DNA from: Massalongia carnosa
Taxonomy: Eukaryota
Length of the DNA stretch: 64,000 bases
Direction: 5' to 3'
Assembly: GCA_965645245.1 (NCBI GenBank)
Contig: OZ287070.1
Coordinates: 682,001 to 746,000, forward strand
In this document: positions 12,301 through 24,506 of the stretch, one piece after another
How the letters are laid out: each line of letters starts with the position of its first letter
Numbering within the stretch: position 1 is the stretch's first letter
Notes under the pieces: generated by a model
Databases searched by the model: none
Told to the model about the DNA's origin: nothing
Seen by the model: the letters and a program-made list of their open reading frames with translations, nothing else
Program-made: the position numbers and the translations under genes

Positions 12301-14149
12301 AGCAGACCTAGACGACGACCACATCTTACCTGAAGGGTCAAAACGGCAAAGAACCACGCGTCAAAATGTGTACGCAACACAGTTGGAGGAAGTTGGTCAA
12401 GGATCAACAGACCCTTTTCACGCCTCATTTGCAGCCCTCACCATAGGTTCGGCCTATCGTCCAGCTTTAGCATTTACGACCAGGATAGCCTCATCCTCGG
12501 AGCGACCTCATACTCGTCCACATCGAGACAATATGCCAGCCGCGCCGAAAGGGTTCAAGGAACTAGCTAGGCACCCATACTGCGAGGCGTTCAAAGAGGC
12601 AATGCGGGTGGAGATAAAGGAATTACAACGCAAAGGTACGTGGGAAGAGGTGGCTAAGGATGAGGCCATACACAAGCAATCAGTTCCTACCATGTGGGTC
12701 TACAAGTATAAATTTGATGAGGACGGCTGGCTTGTTAAACATAAGGCGCGTTTGGTGGCTAGAGGGGACCTTCAACATACGAATTTCGATACGTATGCAG
12801 CCACATTAGCTGCACGCCTGTTTCGATTCCTGATGGCCCTCGTCGCATCATTTGACCTAAATACGAGGCAGTACGATGCAGTGAATGCATTTGCTAATTC
12901 ACTAATCAACGAAACAACATACTGTAGGCTTCCACCAGGATGGACTGGCAATTCGAACGTTATATTACGTCTTCTCCGGGCCCTATACGGGCTAAAACAG
13001 TCACCAGCACTATGGCACAACGATTTATCAAGCACTCTAATAGAGCTAGGGCTAGAACCTCTCCCTGGGGTCGAATGCATTTACACCAACAGCTATATGA
13101 TAGTGTTTTTCTTCGTAGATGACATATGCGTCATCTATGATAAACGCTACTCGGCATACGTTGATGCTTTCGAAGCAAAACTCTTTAACAAATATGAAAT
13201 GAAGGCCTTAGGTGAAATTGAGTGGTTCTTGGGCATACGGGTCACTAGGGATAGGGCCTCAAGGAAACTGTGGCTATGCCAGGACAGTTATATCGACAAA
13301 ATAGGTGCAAAGTTCAACATCACCGGGGTCAATGCAAAGGCCTCGCCGCTACCAGTTGAAGATATTCCCAAATTCAACGGCATCGCCACTGCACAAGACA
13401 TATTTCAATACCAAACGAAAGTAGGGCACGTCAATTTCCCTGCGGTTATTACAAGGCCTGATATAGCAAATTCGGCCTCCAAATTATCAGAACATTTAAA
13501 CAACCCCTCACCCAGACACATCGAGTTGGTGAATAGGGTGATTGGTTACCTCGTTTCAACAAGGACCTTATCAATCATGTTCGACGGTCGCATAATCATA
13601 CCAAGAGAAGTCATACCAAAAGAAGTCCTGATAGTGAGCAGCGACTCCAGTTTTGCAGACGACCTGCAGACTAGGTACAGCTCGCAGGGCTACGCAATGA
13701 AGCTATTCGGAGGCCTAATAGACTGGAAGGCCAACAAACAGAAGACGGTTACGCTATCGTCAACTGAGGCTGAATTGCTGGCTATTTCTCAGACCGCGAA
13801 AGAGACTATATGGTGGTCCCGTCTGTTTGAGTTGATTGAATTTGACCTAGGAAATGATCTCACCATTCAATGTGATAACCGTCAAACTATCAGAGCCCTA
13901 ATATCAGAAAACCCCCGATTCTCGACTAAGCTAAGGCATGTGGATATTCATTCACATTGGCTACGGCAAGAAGTGATCAATAAGAGGATCTCTATCAACT
14001 GGGTGCCATCAGCTCAGATTTTGGCCGATGGGTTCACTAAGGCCCTACCCATTCAGCGGCACAAAGAATTCATCAACCTACTAGGACTAGTCAAGGCAGA
14101 AGGGCCTAAACAGCCGTCTCAGGATGGGCCTAAAAAGGAAGGGCCTTGA
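9383..14149 (+). CDS. Gag-Pol polyprotein (Gag, protease, GAG-pre-integrase, rve integrase, RT, RNase H)
   Basis: Uninterrupted ORF with first ATG at 9383. Motifs: WHRIMGH...CETC, IRSDNEG, PEQNGHAER, KARLVARG, LYGLKQSP, FFVDD, SSTEAE, ADGFTKAL. Confidence 0.96.
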   Translation: MAASFDNKHRLILNDPKDWVGWLSYIRKSVNGETWKLVDPDLPERPARLQMPALPAKATVNAETGRISSADLEVWKMNKLYYDEEKHLYEKQDKALTRVHTLILESVSARMVNHTAYTEQDPYDTLIALKQRLKPSSASLSLEVERKFHRLAKGPGNQNIEAWLDEWIDMYHEAKRRKIFEITGERAIRDFLLAVKTFNPYYASNRRGFRKNIEIQNQGMAENPILGLGRQQQQFTMEQEIESLREDYRENQTLALRNPAALATQAKPTLKGRDQEGKDKDNKCREGRGPMCLCGDKMFYSNCPYLVPSKAPLGWKEDPEKRKKVDEALKNKETKERVEGFLKRQAEKSKASSSSETANTPTIALRTEGGGAFVTTDNSAFATDISGMETLLIHDAASSVHICNRWSAHLYKKIRDSHSDEYLQSGTDKVRIESWGVMHTAFETPNGLYGASLQNVAYAANFMTSIVSGALLESKNVSLNSRGPHLFTGDDPTKVGFCLHRHGSYLTFSATGLPHPFPEGVAKIEPEPESTATNPSAYATEAIRSKAAEEWHRIMGHPSGETISHLEKSTEGIKVLESEVPKTNQCETCALTKSQRIISRSTNKSEDKTEPFHRISIDLMLFETSLNGHEWATHIACMATDFNILETHRSKSDCREFILNTIAMIKRRFKRDVVFIRSDNEGSFNTAFRDEIKGLGITLEPSSPDTPEQNGHAERKGKMLAIKARALRIEAELPHYLWVEAIHTACYLANRTPMAKHNWKTPYELVTGQKPNLSHLKVYGCKAYALKHHIPRKQKLEPRAHIGYLVGYDSTNIFRIWIPSRRKIIRSRDVLFDEDEVHSLVDPPDLLHFLSTTGDNAPYIITDRMRNALAELDAEDEKHRSTFDELFANSPAIAEKPVITEKPGIGLDGPSRKRPHDTAPNILPTPTPSLSPSPSTLGGDGDDATGLPPIMRRARAMRPLRSRDIAPQAQTISADLDDDHILPEGSKRQRTTRQNVYATQLEEVGQGSTDPFHASFAALTIGSAYRPALAFTTRIASSSERPHTRPHRDNMPAAPKGFKELARHPYCEAFKEAMRVEIKELQRKGTWEEVAKDEAIHKQSVPTMWVYKYKFDEDGWLVKHKARLVARGDLQHTNFDTYAATLAARLFRFLMALVASFDLNTRQYDAVNAFANSLINETTYCRLPPGWTGNSNVILRLLRALYGLKQSPALWHNDLSSTLIELGLEPLPGVECIYTNSYMIVFFFVDDICVIYDKRYSAYVDAFEAKLFNKYEMKALGEIEWFLGIRVTRDRASRKLWLCQDSYIDKIGAKFNITGVNAKASPLPVEDIPKFNGIATAQDIFQYQTKVGHVNFPAVITRPDIANSASKLSEHLNNPSPRHIELVNRVIGYLVSTRTLSIMFDGRIIIPREVIPKEVLIVSSDSSFADDLQTRYSSQGYAMKLFGGLIDWKANKQKTVTLSSTEAELLAISQTAKETIWWSRLFELIEFDLGNDLTIQCDNRQTIRALISENPRFSTKLRHVDIHSHWLRQEVINKRISINWVPSAQILADGFTKALPIQRHKEFINLLGLVKAEGPKQPSQDGPKKEGP

Positions 14150-14237
14150 AAGCATCAAACTTCACGATAGCATCAGAACTCAGCAAATAGGATCAGAAAT
14201 CAACTTCTACACTGATTGCATAGAAGCTGAAGGGGTG

Positions 14238-14423
14238 TGTGAACCTAAGTGATGATCTTAGGTGGTGGCTCAGGGGCCTGAGGGATAGCATGGCCTTATT
14301 AGGCCTAGTGTGGGCTAGCTCGCCGCACATAATGTAATATTAGCTACTGAGATAGAGCTTTCCTTCTAGACATTCATATTATCAAGAGTTCACCTCTATT
14401 CACGAACCTCACTAGGTTCAACA
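14238..14423 (+). repeat. 3' LTR
   Basis: Near-identical copy of 9037-9222, preceded by GAAGGGGTG (PPT-like) and followed by the TSD TGTAA. Confidence 0.97.
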
Positions 14424-15855
14424 TGTAACTCCGTCTTCCCCCTTTCCCTTCATTTCTTTCTACCTCTTTCCCATTACTTCACTCCATTCTTCTGCTCTTT
14501 TCATCTTTCAGGCTATTCCATTCGCCAGCTACATTTCGACTACACCCCATTGCTCCCCTTTAACCCCATTTAGGCAGCCACTCTACTCGATCCCGGAGTT
14601 TGGAGTGCCGGACTAGGGTTTGTTTGGTTTTATCTTTCTGGAGGGGTGTGCCAGACAGTACCTGCATCTGCTTAGCATCAATCCTACCGGGACCTCTCCT
14701 CCTGCATGCATAACCCTTTAGGTCAGGAAACAGCTTGTTTTAGGGTTGATATTTTTTTCCTTTTCTATATGCTTCTTTCTCATCACGCTTTGCATCGAGA
14801 CTAAATAAACGAAAGTTGACAGCTTGACACAACCCTTGCTATCTGTGTTGTGCCATGCGAAGAATTAAAGACCTGGGCATCCTCTCAAGATGCGGAATGG
14901 AACGCGTGGCAGACTTTCAATACTCAGGAGTGAATGACTTAAGCGTGAAGTTTAGGAATGCTGAGCGGAGGCTGCTAGGGCAACGGATGGAGGATGACGA
15001 ATGCAGGCAAGCAAGTAAGCAAGCAAGTAGGAGAAACAGGCCTTTGGTTCGGTAATCACGATGTCTAGCTGGCCCATATACATGTGGACAAGACGAATAG
15101 GTAGAATCTCTCTTCCTTAGCAGATTTAGCGCCCAGAAGTCCTAGGTTATGCATTACAGTCAATGCAGCATCTTGATAGCTCCCGATATTATTTATACTA
15201 CTGGCAGTTCAAAAGCTATGGCTACCCCGAAGGTTACTGTCAATGCAATCTTTCACATCCAATGCCAAAGCAGGGGCTCAACGTCCCATCTACATTGATT
15301 GGTTCTGCCTTCTGGGGAACAACAAGTGTGTACCTTGCCAAAAAGGAACAGATGAAGTGACGAGCGAAGAGATGGGTTGACCAAAAAGGCCGAGAGTCGG
15401 TGACTGTGAAGCACAAATGATGAAAGGCTGAAAGGGACTTCCATACACAACGTGGTATATGTTCAGGTTAACAAGCCTGATCATATGTTTTTGGGGTGAA
15501 TTTAATAAAGACCGACCGGAATCCTACAGCTAGGAAAATGGTGTTTGCGACTATATTTTTCCAGTACATGGACTTCAACGGAAAAAGGGGACAGACAATC
15601 CTTTGAGAGAGAAACGTAGACATTAGATACCCGTATAGCCAGGACCAAAGGAAAAGTCACCGGGAATTAAACTATTTTTGCATAATATCGGCTTTGAGCG
15701 TTCAGATTCTTCCATGATATGTGCTTTCAGATTTCTTAATTAGGGAAACATGAATCCTAGGCAAAGTCCGGACTAGTGTACTACTGAGTAAAACGGCTTT
15801 CTTCGTCTTCGAGTCTCCTTGATCAAAATGGTTTCGATTTCTACCCAACCTGTGA

Positions 15856-16723
15856 ATGACTTCACCCCTCCCATCCGCGGAGCCTGGAGGCTTCCTCCAG
15901 CCAATGTTGCCATCTCCGCCAAACTCTACCATTGGCTTGCCGTCAACCACGACCTCCACTCTGCCACATCCACGTTCTAGTCCCCTCAAACCTGGTAGCG
16001 CAAAAGAAAGTAGCTTTATTAACTACGTGGACCAAAAGTTCTTGGGAATCTCGCGCCGTTACGAAAAGAGGTTCAACGCAATTTTAGAAGACCAGTCATT
16101 GGCAGATCATGATGGCCGAGGCTACGAAACTTTTTCCGATGTAGCAAAAGATCTAGAGACCTTAGCAGATGTGGTTTGGGTGTCTAGCACACGTTGGTTT
16201 CCTATCTAAGGCTTCAATGTAATCTACTAATACTTTAACCCCAGCATCTTTGCAAACACCATACTTTCTTACCATTGCGCTTGCCGTGAGCTCATATTTG
16301 TCTTCTTTTCCCTTCTCTCCACCCCCAACCTTCCAACTGCTTCGTAAGCTGGATTTGACATTTTCTTCCCTGTTACGAGGAGTCGATATTCAAACTGGTG
16401 TAAGCTTACCAGGCTTTCAAAGCGGGAGGGGAAGATTTACTATAACGGAAAAGGTTAGAATGCGAGGCATTGTGGAAAGGACAAGGGTGGCTGTGGTAGA
16501 GGTGGCTGAGAAAGGCGAATACATGATGGACTTTACGAATGAAGTAGAATATTCAACAGATACAGAGGACGACTTCATCACAGACGATGATGAGCCCAGG
16601 AAGGGATCACGTGATGAAGGCGGCCATAGGAAGTGGGAAATGGAGGTTGCCAGAGTATACGAAAGAACGATTGTGGAACTTGGGAACTCGTTAGATTTTC
16701 CTGGAGCCATGGGCTTCGATTGA
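15856..16723 (+). CDS. Conserved fungal protein, Tfb6 (TFIIH-associated)-like, 2 exons
   Basis: LPHPRSSPLKPGSAKE...YVDQKFLGISRRYEKR and TEKVRMRGIVERTR...VARVYERTIVELG resemble the TFB6 family as recalled. Confidence 0.65.
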
Positions 16724-17231
16724 CTAAAGGTATTCCAAGGCTCTCTTTAAATGAACGATTTTATGGCATCGTCTGCTAGCATTGTTGATATTCAGCATGG
16801 CGATGAAATGATATTTCACTAGCACACTTTGGGCTAATATCTAATAGAGCCATCATGGGATTGATTACTTAGGTGGCTGATATATGCAACAAGTTTCAAT
16901 ATTGGCCTTCTTTGATACTTGCATCGTGCCATCGTTTTGATATCTCGATGGTTTTCCTGTTTTTACAAGTGTTCTGATTTCGTATTACTTCCGTTCGTCT
17001 CTATCCAATGCTTCTCCTTATGGCTCTAGATCGCTACTAGTAAATGTGAAAGGTGTCGATGACTATGATGGCCAGACATGTTCGGCCAACGACCGGCTCT
17101 GTTCGCATAACCCTAATCAACAACCTACAGCGTTATGTGACTTACCTTCTCGGCATATTTCCACTTCATTATTCATATTTCAACGAGCCTCTTCACCGTT
17201 ACGGGGTGAATCATCTACTAGATGCACAAAC

Positions 17232-19721
17232 ATGCCAACATTGTACTCCAGGTCGACAACCATCCAGCTCTCTATTGCCGACTTGCCAAAAACGACTACA
17301 CATGACCACAAGTCTCATCTATTCACCCACACAAGTGTTGTGGCCAATGTTGCCGCAGAGCTCGCACGAGGTGCTAAAGATGGAACGCTGACTGAGGTTC
17401 CATTGTATGCCAAAGACACAGATACACGTATGCGATTCATTGGTGCAAATGGGGATATGCCCTTCTACATGGTCCGTGCTGGGAAACACTTATTTGATCC
17501 CAGCACCAACAACACCCGGACTAGAAGACCTGAACGCATTCCATTGTCAGGGACAACCCAACCCCCTGTACCAAATGCTTCAACTTCAGCTCATGAATCT
17601 GGCTCCACACAAACCATGAATAATGAGAACGCTGCAGTCCTTCAAGGTTAGTGGGAAAACTTCCGCCCGCGCTGCAGTTCTATGCTCTTTGTCAGCATCT
17701 TATATGCTAACAACCTGTGTCCAGAGCACCTTTGTCGGAAGAAGCCTCCCGCCTTTGTTCCTCATTCGCTCTGTCTTACAGTATTTCTTTCTCCAGCATC
17801 CTTCTCTCGGGCGTACGAGCAGAGATTGAAACGAACAATATACGGTGATGTGAAAATAGATGTATACTTTAATGGCGAGCTATGTGCCTCCTCTTTTATC
17901 GCCGAACGTCATCATGGCAATACGTATCGTATGACAGAACACATAGTTCGGTTTTCTGGCCGAAGAATCGGTCGTTTGTTGGAAAAGCCTTGGGTGATAG
18001 TTCCTGCAGGCCAACTACCGGATGGAACTCTCAGAGAATGCAAGAGGAGTAAAGGGCCATATGGAGGGGCAAAGCAGAGATGGAGAGCGCTTGCAGAAAC
18101 ACTTGAAGCTGAAGCTAACAAAACTGGGCGGGATCAATATGGAGAATACTCGATGCTTGGAGATTATCTTTCAAGCCTCGGGAAGCTCGAAATGCCTTCT
18201 GAACTAGAGGAGATGCAGAAGGCAGGCGGCTCGAAGTTTGGGGTTATTGATGTAATCGTCATCTTGGGGAAGGGACAGAAAGATGACGCAAGCCACTTAC
18301 AACTGACCCAGCCAACCGCGATTAGGTTGATGTCAAAGCAGCGGAGAGTCCATACCCTCTTTGATAGGAAGGTCCTAAAACCCAGTTTGAACACTCCGGA
18401 AGACCTCCCTGGTGATCGGTCAGGAAAAACTGGTGTAGACCTATCTTCAAATACGCTTAGAAAAAGGTATCCAGCGAAGTCAAATGCGGACGCTGAAATC
18501 ATGGCCCAGAGCCTTGAAAATTTCCCTCCTAGGCCAAGAGCTCAGACGAATATATCAAATATTCCTGGCAGCAAACAGGACGACAGCAATACAAAGCGGA
18601 CTGTAGAACACCCCCTCATACTAGCTGGGTTTCAGCCACACCTTCATTCATCTAGGAATCACCCGTCAGAATATCCAAGCACGGTTTCCAAATTAACAGG
18701 ATCTTCGCCTCTAGAGAATAGCGAGCCAGGTAAATCTCTAGCTGCCACACTTGACAAAAATGCGTCTTCCTTGCAAGTGAGAAAGTCCAGGGGTCGGCAA
18801 AGTCACTGGTCTAGTAGCTTCGTCCCATCTACAACAGCCAGTACGACCCACAAAGACCAGCGTCGACGTTTCACCCAACCAGTGAATACATCAGCATCCT
18901 CACATCTGCCAGTCCCAAGAAGAAGTATGCCTGGTCCTGATCGCCGACATGCTACACATGGCCCCTCTGGCCCTTCTGGAAATAGATCGAAGCATGCTGA
19001 AGTCGCCCGGAAAACCTATAAAGGTCCCTCGCCGTCCCCTCCAGCGCACGGCCGGCCCGCAAAACCTCGGGCAACCCGCATGCCGTACGAAATGGTGATG
19101 GACTATAAACTGACCGCATCGGAGGAAATTGCAGCCATCCAAGCCGAAGCGGAGGAACTTGCGACCATTCAGGCCCAAGCAGAAAAAGCAAAGTTGGCAG
19201 ACATGAAAGATAACGGCAAGCAAAACGTAGCTGAGGTTCAATTCCCTACGACCCGAAGGCAGCGAATAATGCGGTTGAGCCTCGCAGGCGCGGATGCTAA
19301 TGTGCTCACGAGTGTCGCTAAAGAAGTCTCCACACCCAACACGGAAGCCAAGTCAAACATGGCCCGTTTCCGAATCAACACTCCAAAGTCCCCCCCCAAA
19401 CCACCGGAAACCCTACCTCACCTCCCCCCTCCTCTCCCTCGCAATGACACTTTTAGAGCCCCTACCCCCTACGCCTTCCTAGCCAGGTCTTCCTCGCCTC
19501 CCCCAGCTCCTGTCGCCAATGGGCTCTCTCGCTCCTCCCGCCGCTACAGTGTCTCCACCGCGCACCCAGCCCCGTCTACCAACTGGCAGATGCCATCGCT
19601 GAGCCAGGATTCTGTTCTCACCTACGCGCCTGGCGAGCTCGTGAGGCCCGTGAAGGCAGAGCGGAGCGGCTGGTTTGAGGAGAGCGAGGTGGTAATGGGG
19701 GTTAGGTTTCTTGTAGGGTGA
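17232..19721 (+). CDS. Conserved fungal hypothetical protein (folded N-terminal half, disordered C-terminal half)
   Basis: Two long ORFs join in frame across an intron at ~17648-17723. Contains the segment DVKIDVYFNGELCASS and a C-terminal SGWFEESEVVMGVRFLVG. Start uncertain. Confidence 0.7.
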
Positions 19722-20746
19722 AGGTGAGGGTGAATTGTGGTGGTGATATGGAGGGACTCTCCATCCATCCATCATGAGCTACCAAATTCGGTCCAGGAAG
19801 GGAATCTGTAAGATATGCAAACGCGGCAAGTCATGAAAGCGAGAAAAGCAAGGGGTATTTTGCGAAATCCAGGGAAGACCGGGCAGGTCGAGCATTTTTG
19901 TAAGATAAGTACGATCCCTCTAGAGGCGGAGTTGTCCGGCCAGTTGAAGTTCACAGATGAGCGGTTGGGTGTATGTACACCACCTAGATAGGTACCTTGT
20001 CAGTACGCTATCTGTCAATTAAATGTACATTCCTCCCCCGATAGGTAGGTACCTACCTATTCAGCCCTGTACATTATCACCCCTTCCGGTGTATGGAAGC
20101 TAGGAGGTTGGTTAGATACACCGGCAACAAATGTCCAGTACTTCTCCCGATAACCATACTTTCCCTTTCTCTTGTGTCGTCAGTCACTCCGTCCGCCAGC
20201 CCATCAGCCAGTCCCTATTTCATAAACCACCATCATGTATCGTTCCACCAATTCCCCATCCTGTTTCTTCCCCTCCCACCTCAAACCGTAGTAAGTTTCC
20301 CCATTCCTTCAAATCCGAACTCGGATTTTGGTGAGAACGCGAGTCTTAATGGCCTACCTACCTAGTGGCAACTAGATCATCGGGGTCACTCAGTTATGGA
20401 GGAATGGAAAGAGGGGGGGGGTTGGGGGGGGGGAGGAACGACAGAGATTCCCCATCTAAGAGACGCCAGCCGAGTTTGCTAGGTAAGGGTCTTGAAGGTA
20501 GTGGGGATAGCGGCTTTCTCTCAGGCTTCGTTTTTATATGTGATGTGGATAAGTATATAGAGTAATCGATACACCAAAAAAAAGTTAGGAGAAAGCTGGT
20601 AGAAGTAGATTGCCAAAACAAAGTATCCTTGTAGAATAACTAGCAAGTACTATCATCTGACAGTTTCTGGATTTAACGACGCTTGGAGCTATATGAAAGG
20701 AAGCAGTCATGCACTTTTCGGATTACAATTCCTCTCTCATCTAGAC

Positions 20747-22703
20747 TTAAACCTTCTCTGGATCGCTGATTCCGCCGTTGGTGATGATGTAGGTAGCTTC
20801 GCGCTCCGGGCAATCTATCGAAGACCCCCCAAAAATGAGCTTGCATTCTTCTACGGAAAGCAAATCCAATGAATTTGGGTATTCCATCACTTACCGGGCG
20901 AGTCCATAATCTTGGCTACACGTTCCTCGCCACGTCCCTTGCGGAGGAGAACTCGCGTCGTTGATGCATGCGCTAGAATGTGCCCTCCTACGGGCTTACG
21001 GCCATCAGCACCGGCGAAGAGAGCGTTGGCGCCGGGGTCGCTTTGGACTTGGTTCGTCTAAGGGGGATACAACTTTTCGTTAGAACTTGGGACATGAGAG
21101 TTATTTGCATGGTTGGAAGGGTACTTATACCATCAAAACGCAGACGTTAAATTCTATATTTTATTTCTATAATCAGCCGCAATCTTATAGTGAGTTGAAG
21201 TGTGTCACAGAAAAACTACCCTCGGCCATATGGGTCAGTTTCGCCAAGAACTGATTCAGCTTCTGCTGGCGATCGGCCAATTCTCCGCGGCCGCAAAAGT
21301 CGACGCGGAAGCAACTCATGATGCTATCAATAATAAGGAGACGATATTCATTAGTGGCGAAATTTGACGCGAGAGCATTTAGCAACTCCAGCTGATGCTA
21401 AGGAGAGGTCCATCAGCGATGTCAACTTAAAGGAATGGAGGGTTCTGTACCTCGCTGTTAAGAGCACGACCGTAGGCTATATTTTCTTGTGCTTGGTCCG
21501 GATCCACTACGAAGAATTAGAAAAGTATTAAAATGAGAAAATTGACTGTGCTTGCATCCAAATCTCTCGGCAATCTGTGCAATTCTGGATCCGTCAGATT
21601 GGAGCTCACGATGACTATCGTGGTACACACCTTTCTGGTCGAAAGGTGCCTTCCGTATCTAAGGGTAGAGAATGATGAGTGTATGCCGCTTAAGAAGCCA
21701 TGAGGTCCTACCGATGTAAGCAACTTTGCCCTCCGCACCTCCCATATCCTATTGGTCTTAGCTGCATTTAAGCCAAGTGTTGTTGGATACGCGCACCTTT
21801 GGAAGCTGGCGAAGCTATTAGAGAGTATAGATATCCGATAATGTGGGACTTGCCTGGGCGATAACGGACATTGTGTGTGAGAGCTGTGTCTTTCCGCATC
21901 CTTGAAAATTTTAGCATCTTCATCCGTAGGCCTTCTCGACTAATTATTAGTCTTACGGAACTCGCCATAAACCTGCCATAGTTGCAACGTAAGTAGGCAT
22001 ATACTTGAGGATGCCATCATAATATATACCTCGCTAATACTCATGCTTTGGAACCCTCTAAGAAATCGTCAGTGCCTCAGCTACTTTCTTTCGTTCATGA
22101 CGAACCCCCCAAGTATAGCATCAAGTTGCTTGCTCCCAGTAGATATTTTTACAACCCTCTTCCTTTGGTGGCCAAGTTCGATAGCGGTAATAAACCCCGA
22201 GGTTGAAGGCTAGAAAATACAGTTGCATTAGCCAAGTGATGCACAGCCTTCAATGCGACAAAATCTATTCTAAGCCTTAATAGTTGGGGGATTTGCAAGG
22301 GCGAGTTTACCTGACACTTTTGTATGGCTTCCTTAATCTTCTCGACCTTAACTTCGCTGAAGCCTTTGACCTTGAGAAGCGTCTTGCGAGTTGCCGAATG
22401 GACAGACTAAAGAAACATTATTTTCTGGACAGTCACAAGCCTTCCATGAACCACAGAAAGGCTCGTACAGCAACGGTGTAATATCCGTTAGCCTTTAACT
22501 TTGTGATATCCACGGCACCGACACCTACCACAGATTATTTGAGCAAACAAGGAACAATACAAAGGGACAAATATCTCACCATGGGCTTGAATGCTATCAA
22601 TGTCGACGATGAAGTCCTATAAGCAATGTATCAGCGAAGCCCAAAGCACGATGCCCCAGTTCACTTCTTCATCAAATTCATCGCCGGCAATCGAAGCAGG
22701 CAT
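20747..22703 (-). CDS. DMC1: Meiotic recombinase DMC1, 17 exons
   Basis: Manual splice: [13 protein letters not shown]...[37 protein letters not shown]...[12 protein letters not shown]...[28 protein letters not shown]...[15 protein letters not shown]...GGISDPEKV. Confidence 0.96.
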
Positions 22704-23490
22704 TATTAGCAGCTTTTTCAAAGTTTCAAAGGTAAGCAAGACTTGATCAGGGGGAAAGCCCGTTCGTTCAAGGAGGAAGATGGTCGAGAAAGAGGAGGTC
22801 AGGGATTGATAAGTTGATCAAGTAAACGAGATTAGATTAGGGCAAGTTGCAAGCTGCAAGTTGGGCTTTGGCTTGATGGGGCGTAGAAAAGGGAATAAGG
22901 AAATGCAACAACAGTAAAGAAATAGCGAGGAAGCTAAGCTACCAAATAAATAGTCTTCACAGATAACTCCCGGTAGGTAGGGAGTTTGACACATCCAACA
23001 TCAACAAGAAATGGATAGTATTTACGTCTTCTAGATATCATCTAGAATCACATGATTCAAGTTAATGGAACGCTACTTCGAATATTAAGAGCGTCCACCT
23101 ATTCCAACGTGACCCGACCCTTCTTTCCGATCTATTCCCCTTTCATGCACTTCAAGCACCCTCCTTCGCTTTTGGAAGACTTTTACCGTTCTTCCTATCC
23201 TTTGTGGCGTACATGCAGGAGTGGATAGGCAGAATACAACGAGGACGCCAACCGTATGATCTGTGGTATGCCGGGTCGCCAAAGAGTGGTGAAAAAGGAT
23301 GAGACTTCTGAGGTTTTATCAACATTACGTGTTGGTAATATGGAGAATGTAGATAAGCCATTTGTGCCAAGGAAATAGCGCTACAAGCCATGCTGAACGA
23401 GCGAAAGGTTCATATTACAAAATAGGAAATTCCAGGACGGTGTAGAGCACACTCTCCAGGACCAAATAAGTATTGATCCGGGGAGCGCTT

Positions 23491-24506
23491 CTATACAGCC
23501 GCGGCCGTCGATGGCAGTGGTTGAACTTGATTAAGGGGGTCGACAGGAGCGTCAAGGCCAACCTGGCCATTGGTATCAAGCGTTGTGCATTCTCGAGATA
23601 TGTGGCCAGATTGACCACATTTGTAGCAAACCTTTCCTACCGTATTTAGGGGACCTCCGTTGGGAGCGGTACAGTCACGTGAAATGTGGCCCTGCTTGTG
23701 TTAATGTTGCAGGCAGCATCCTCTCTCTCAGTATAAATTACTCACGAGTTTTCCACATGCATAGCACTTCATTGCTTGAGCTTGGCAATCCCGTGCATAA
23801 TGGTTGGGACCGCCACATTTGTAGCAGGTAGCAGGACGAGGGCCACCGGCAAACCCTCCACGAAACCCACCAATAAACCCTCCACGAGGGATAAGAGCAC
23901 CACGACCAATACCAATAGGTGGGCCAGCTTGAAATCCGGTGTTTATGCAGGCACGCTGATAGTTTGTTAAGTCAAAGCTATCGAAACATAGCCAGAGATA
24001 CTGACGGCAAGATGACCAGGCTGACCACAAGAATAGCAACGTCCGCCAGTACCGGCTCCGCTTATGCGCAATGTCGGGCAGTCAGCTTGAACATGGCCAA
24101 GACCTTGACAGTGGTAGCACTGCTTAGCTATGAAAGATGGATTAATATTGCGTACCCCACACTGTATTTTCTTCTACGCGGGCTCTTACTTTCCGTTGTG
24201 CGAGGCTGCGGACAGCCATTCGATTCATGTCCTGAGGCGCGATTAGTACGATACCTGGGATCCCGCCGTCACACAAGGTAAATGTTGATGCTTTACCGGG
24301 TTGTTTGCCTACCCATATATTAGTGGCGCTATGCAAGAGAGAAAATCATGGCGTCTTACAGTTATAGCAAAGACGTTCTGACGAGGCACAGACCTCTGAA
24401 CCGGGTTATCGTAAGTGCTCGTCTTTCTTCATGCATTGGAAAACTGACCGGCGTAATGCCCAACGTTTCCGCATTTGTAGCAGGCGCGGCGTGCCAAAGA
24501 CGACAT
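23491..24506 (-). CDS. GIS2: Multi-CCHC zinc-knuckle RNA-binding protein (Gis2/Byr3/CNBP family)
   Basis: Seven CX2CX4HX4C knuckles across 7 exons (e.g. CYKCGNVGHYAEVC, CYHCQGLGHVQADC, CYKCGGPNHYARDC) plus an RGG-rich linker. Confidence 0.9.

Larger units (their letters stand above)
9037..14423 (+). mobile_element. Full-length Ty1/Copia LTR retrotransposon
   Basis: Two 186-bp LTRs (TG...CA), 5-bp target-site duplication TGTAA at 9032-9036 and 14424-14428, PBS after the 5' LTR, purine-rich tract before the 3' LTR, and a single gag-pol ORF in Copia domain order. Confidence 0.98.
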
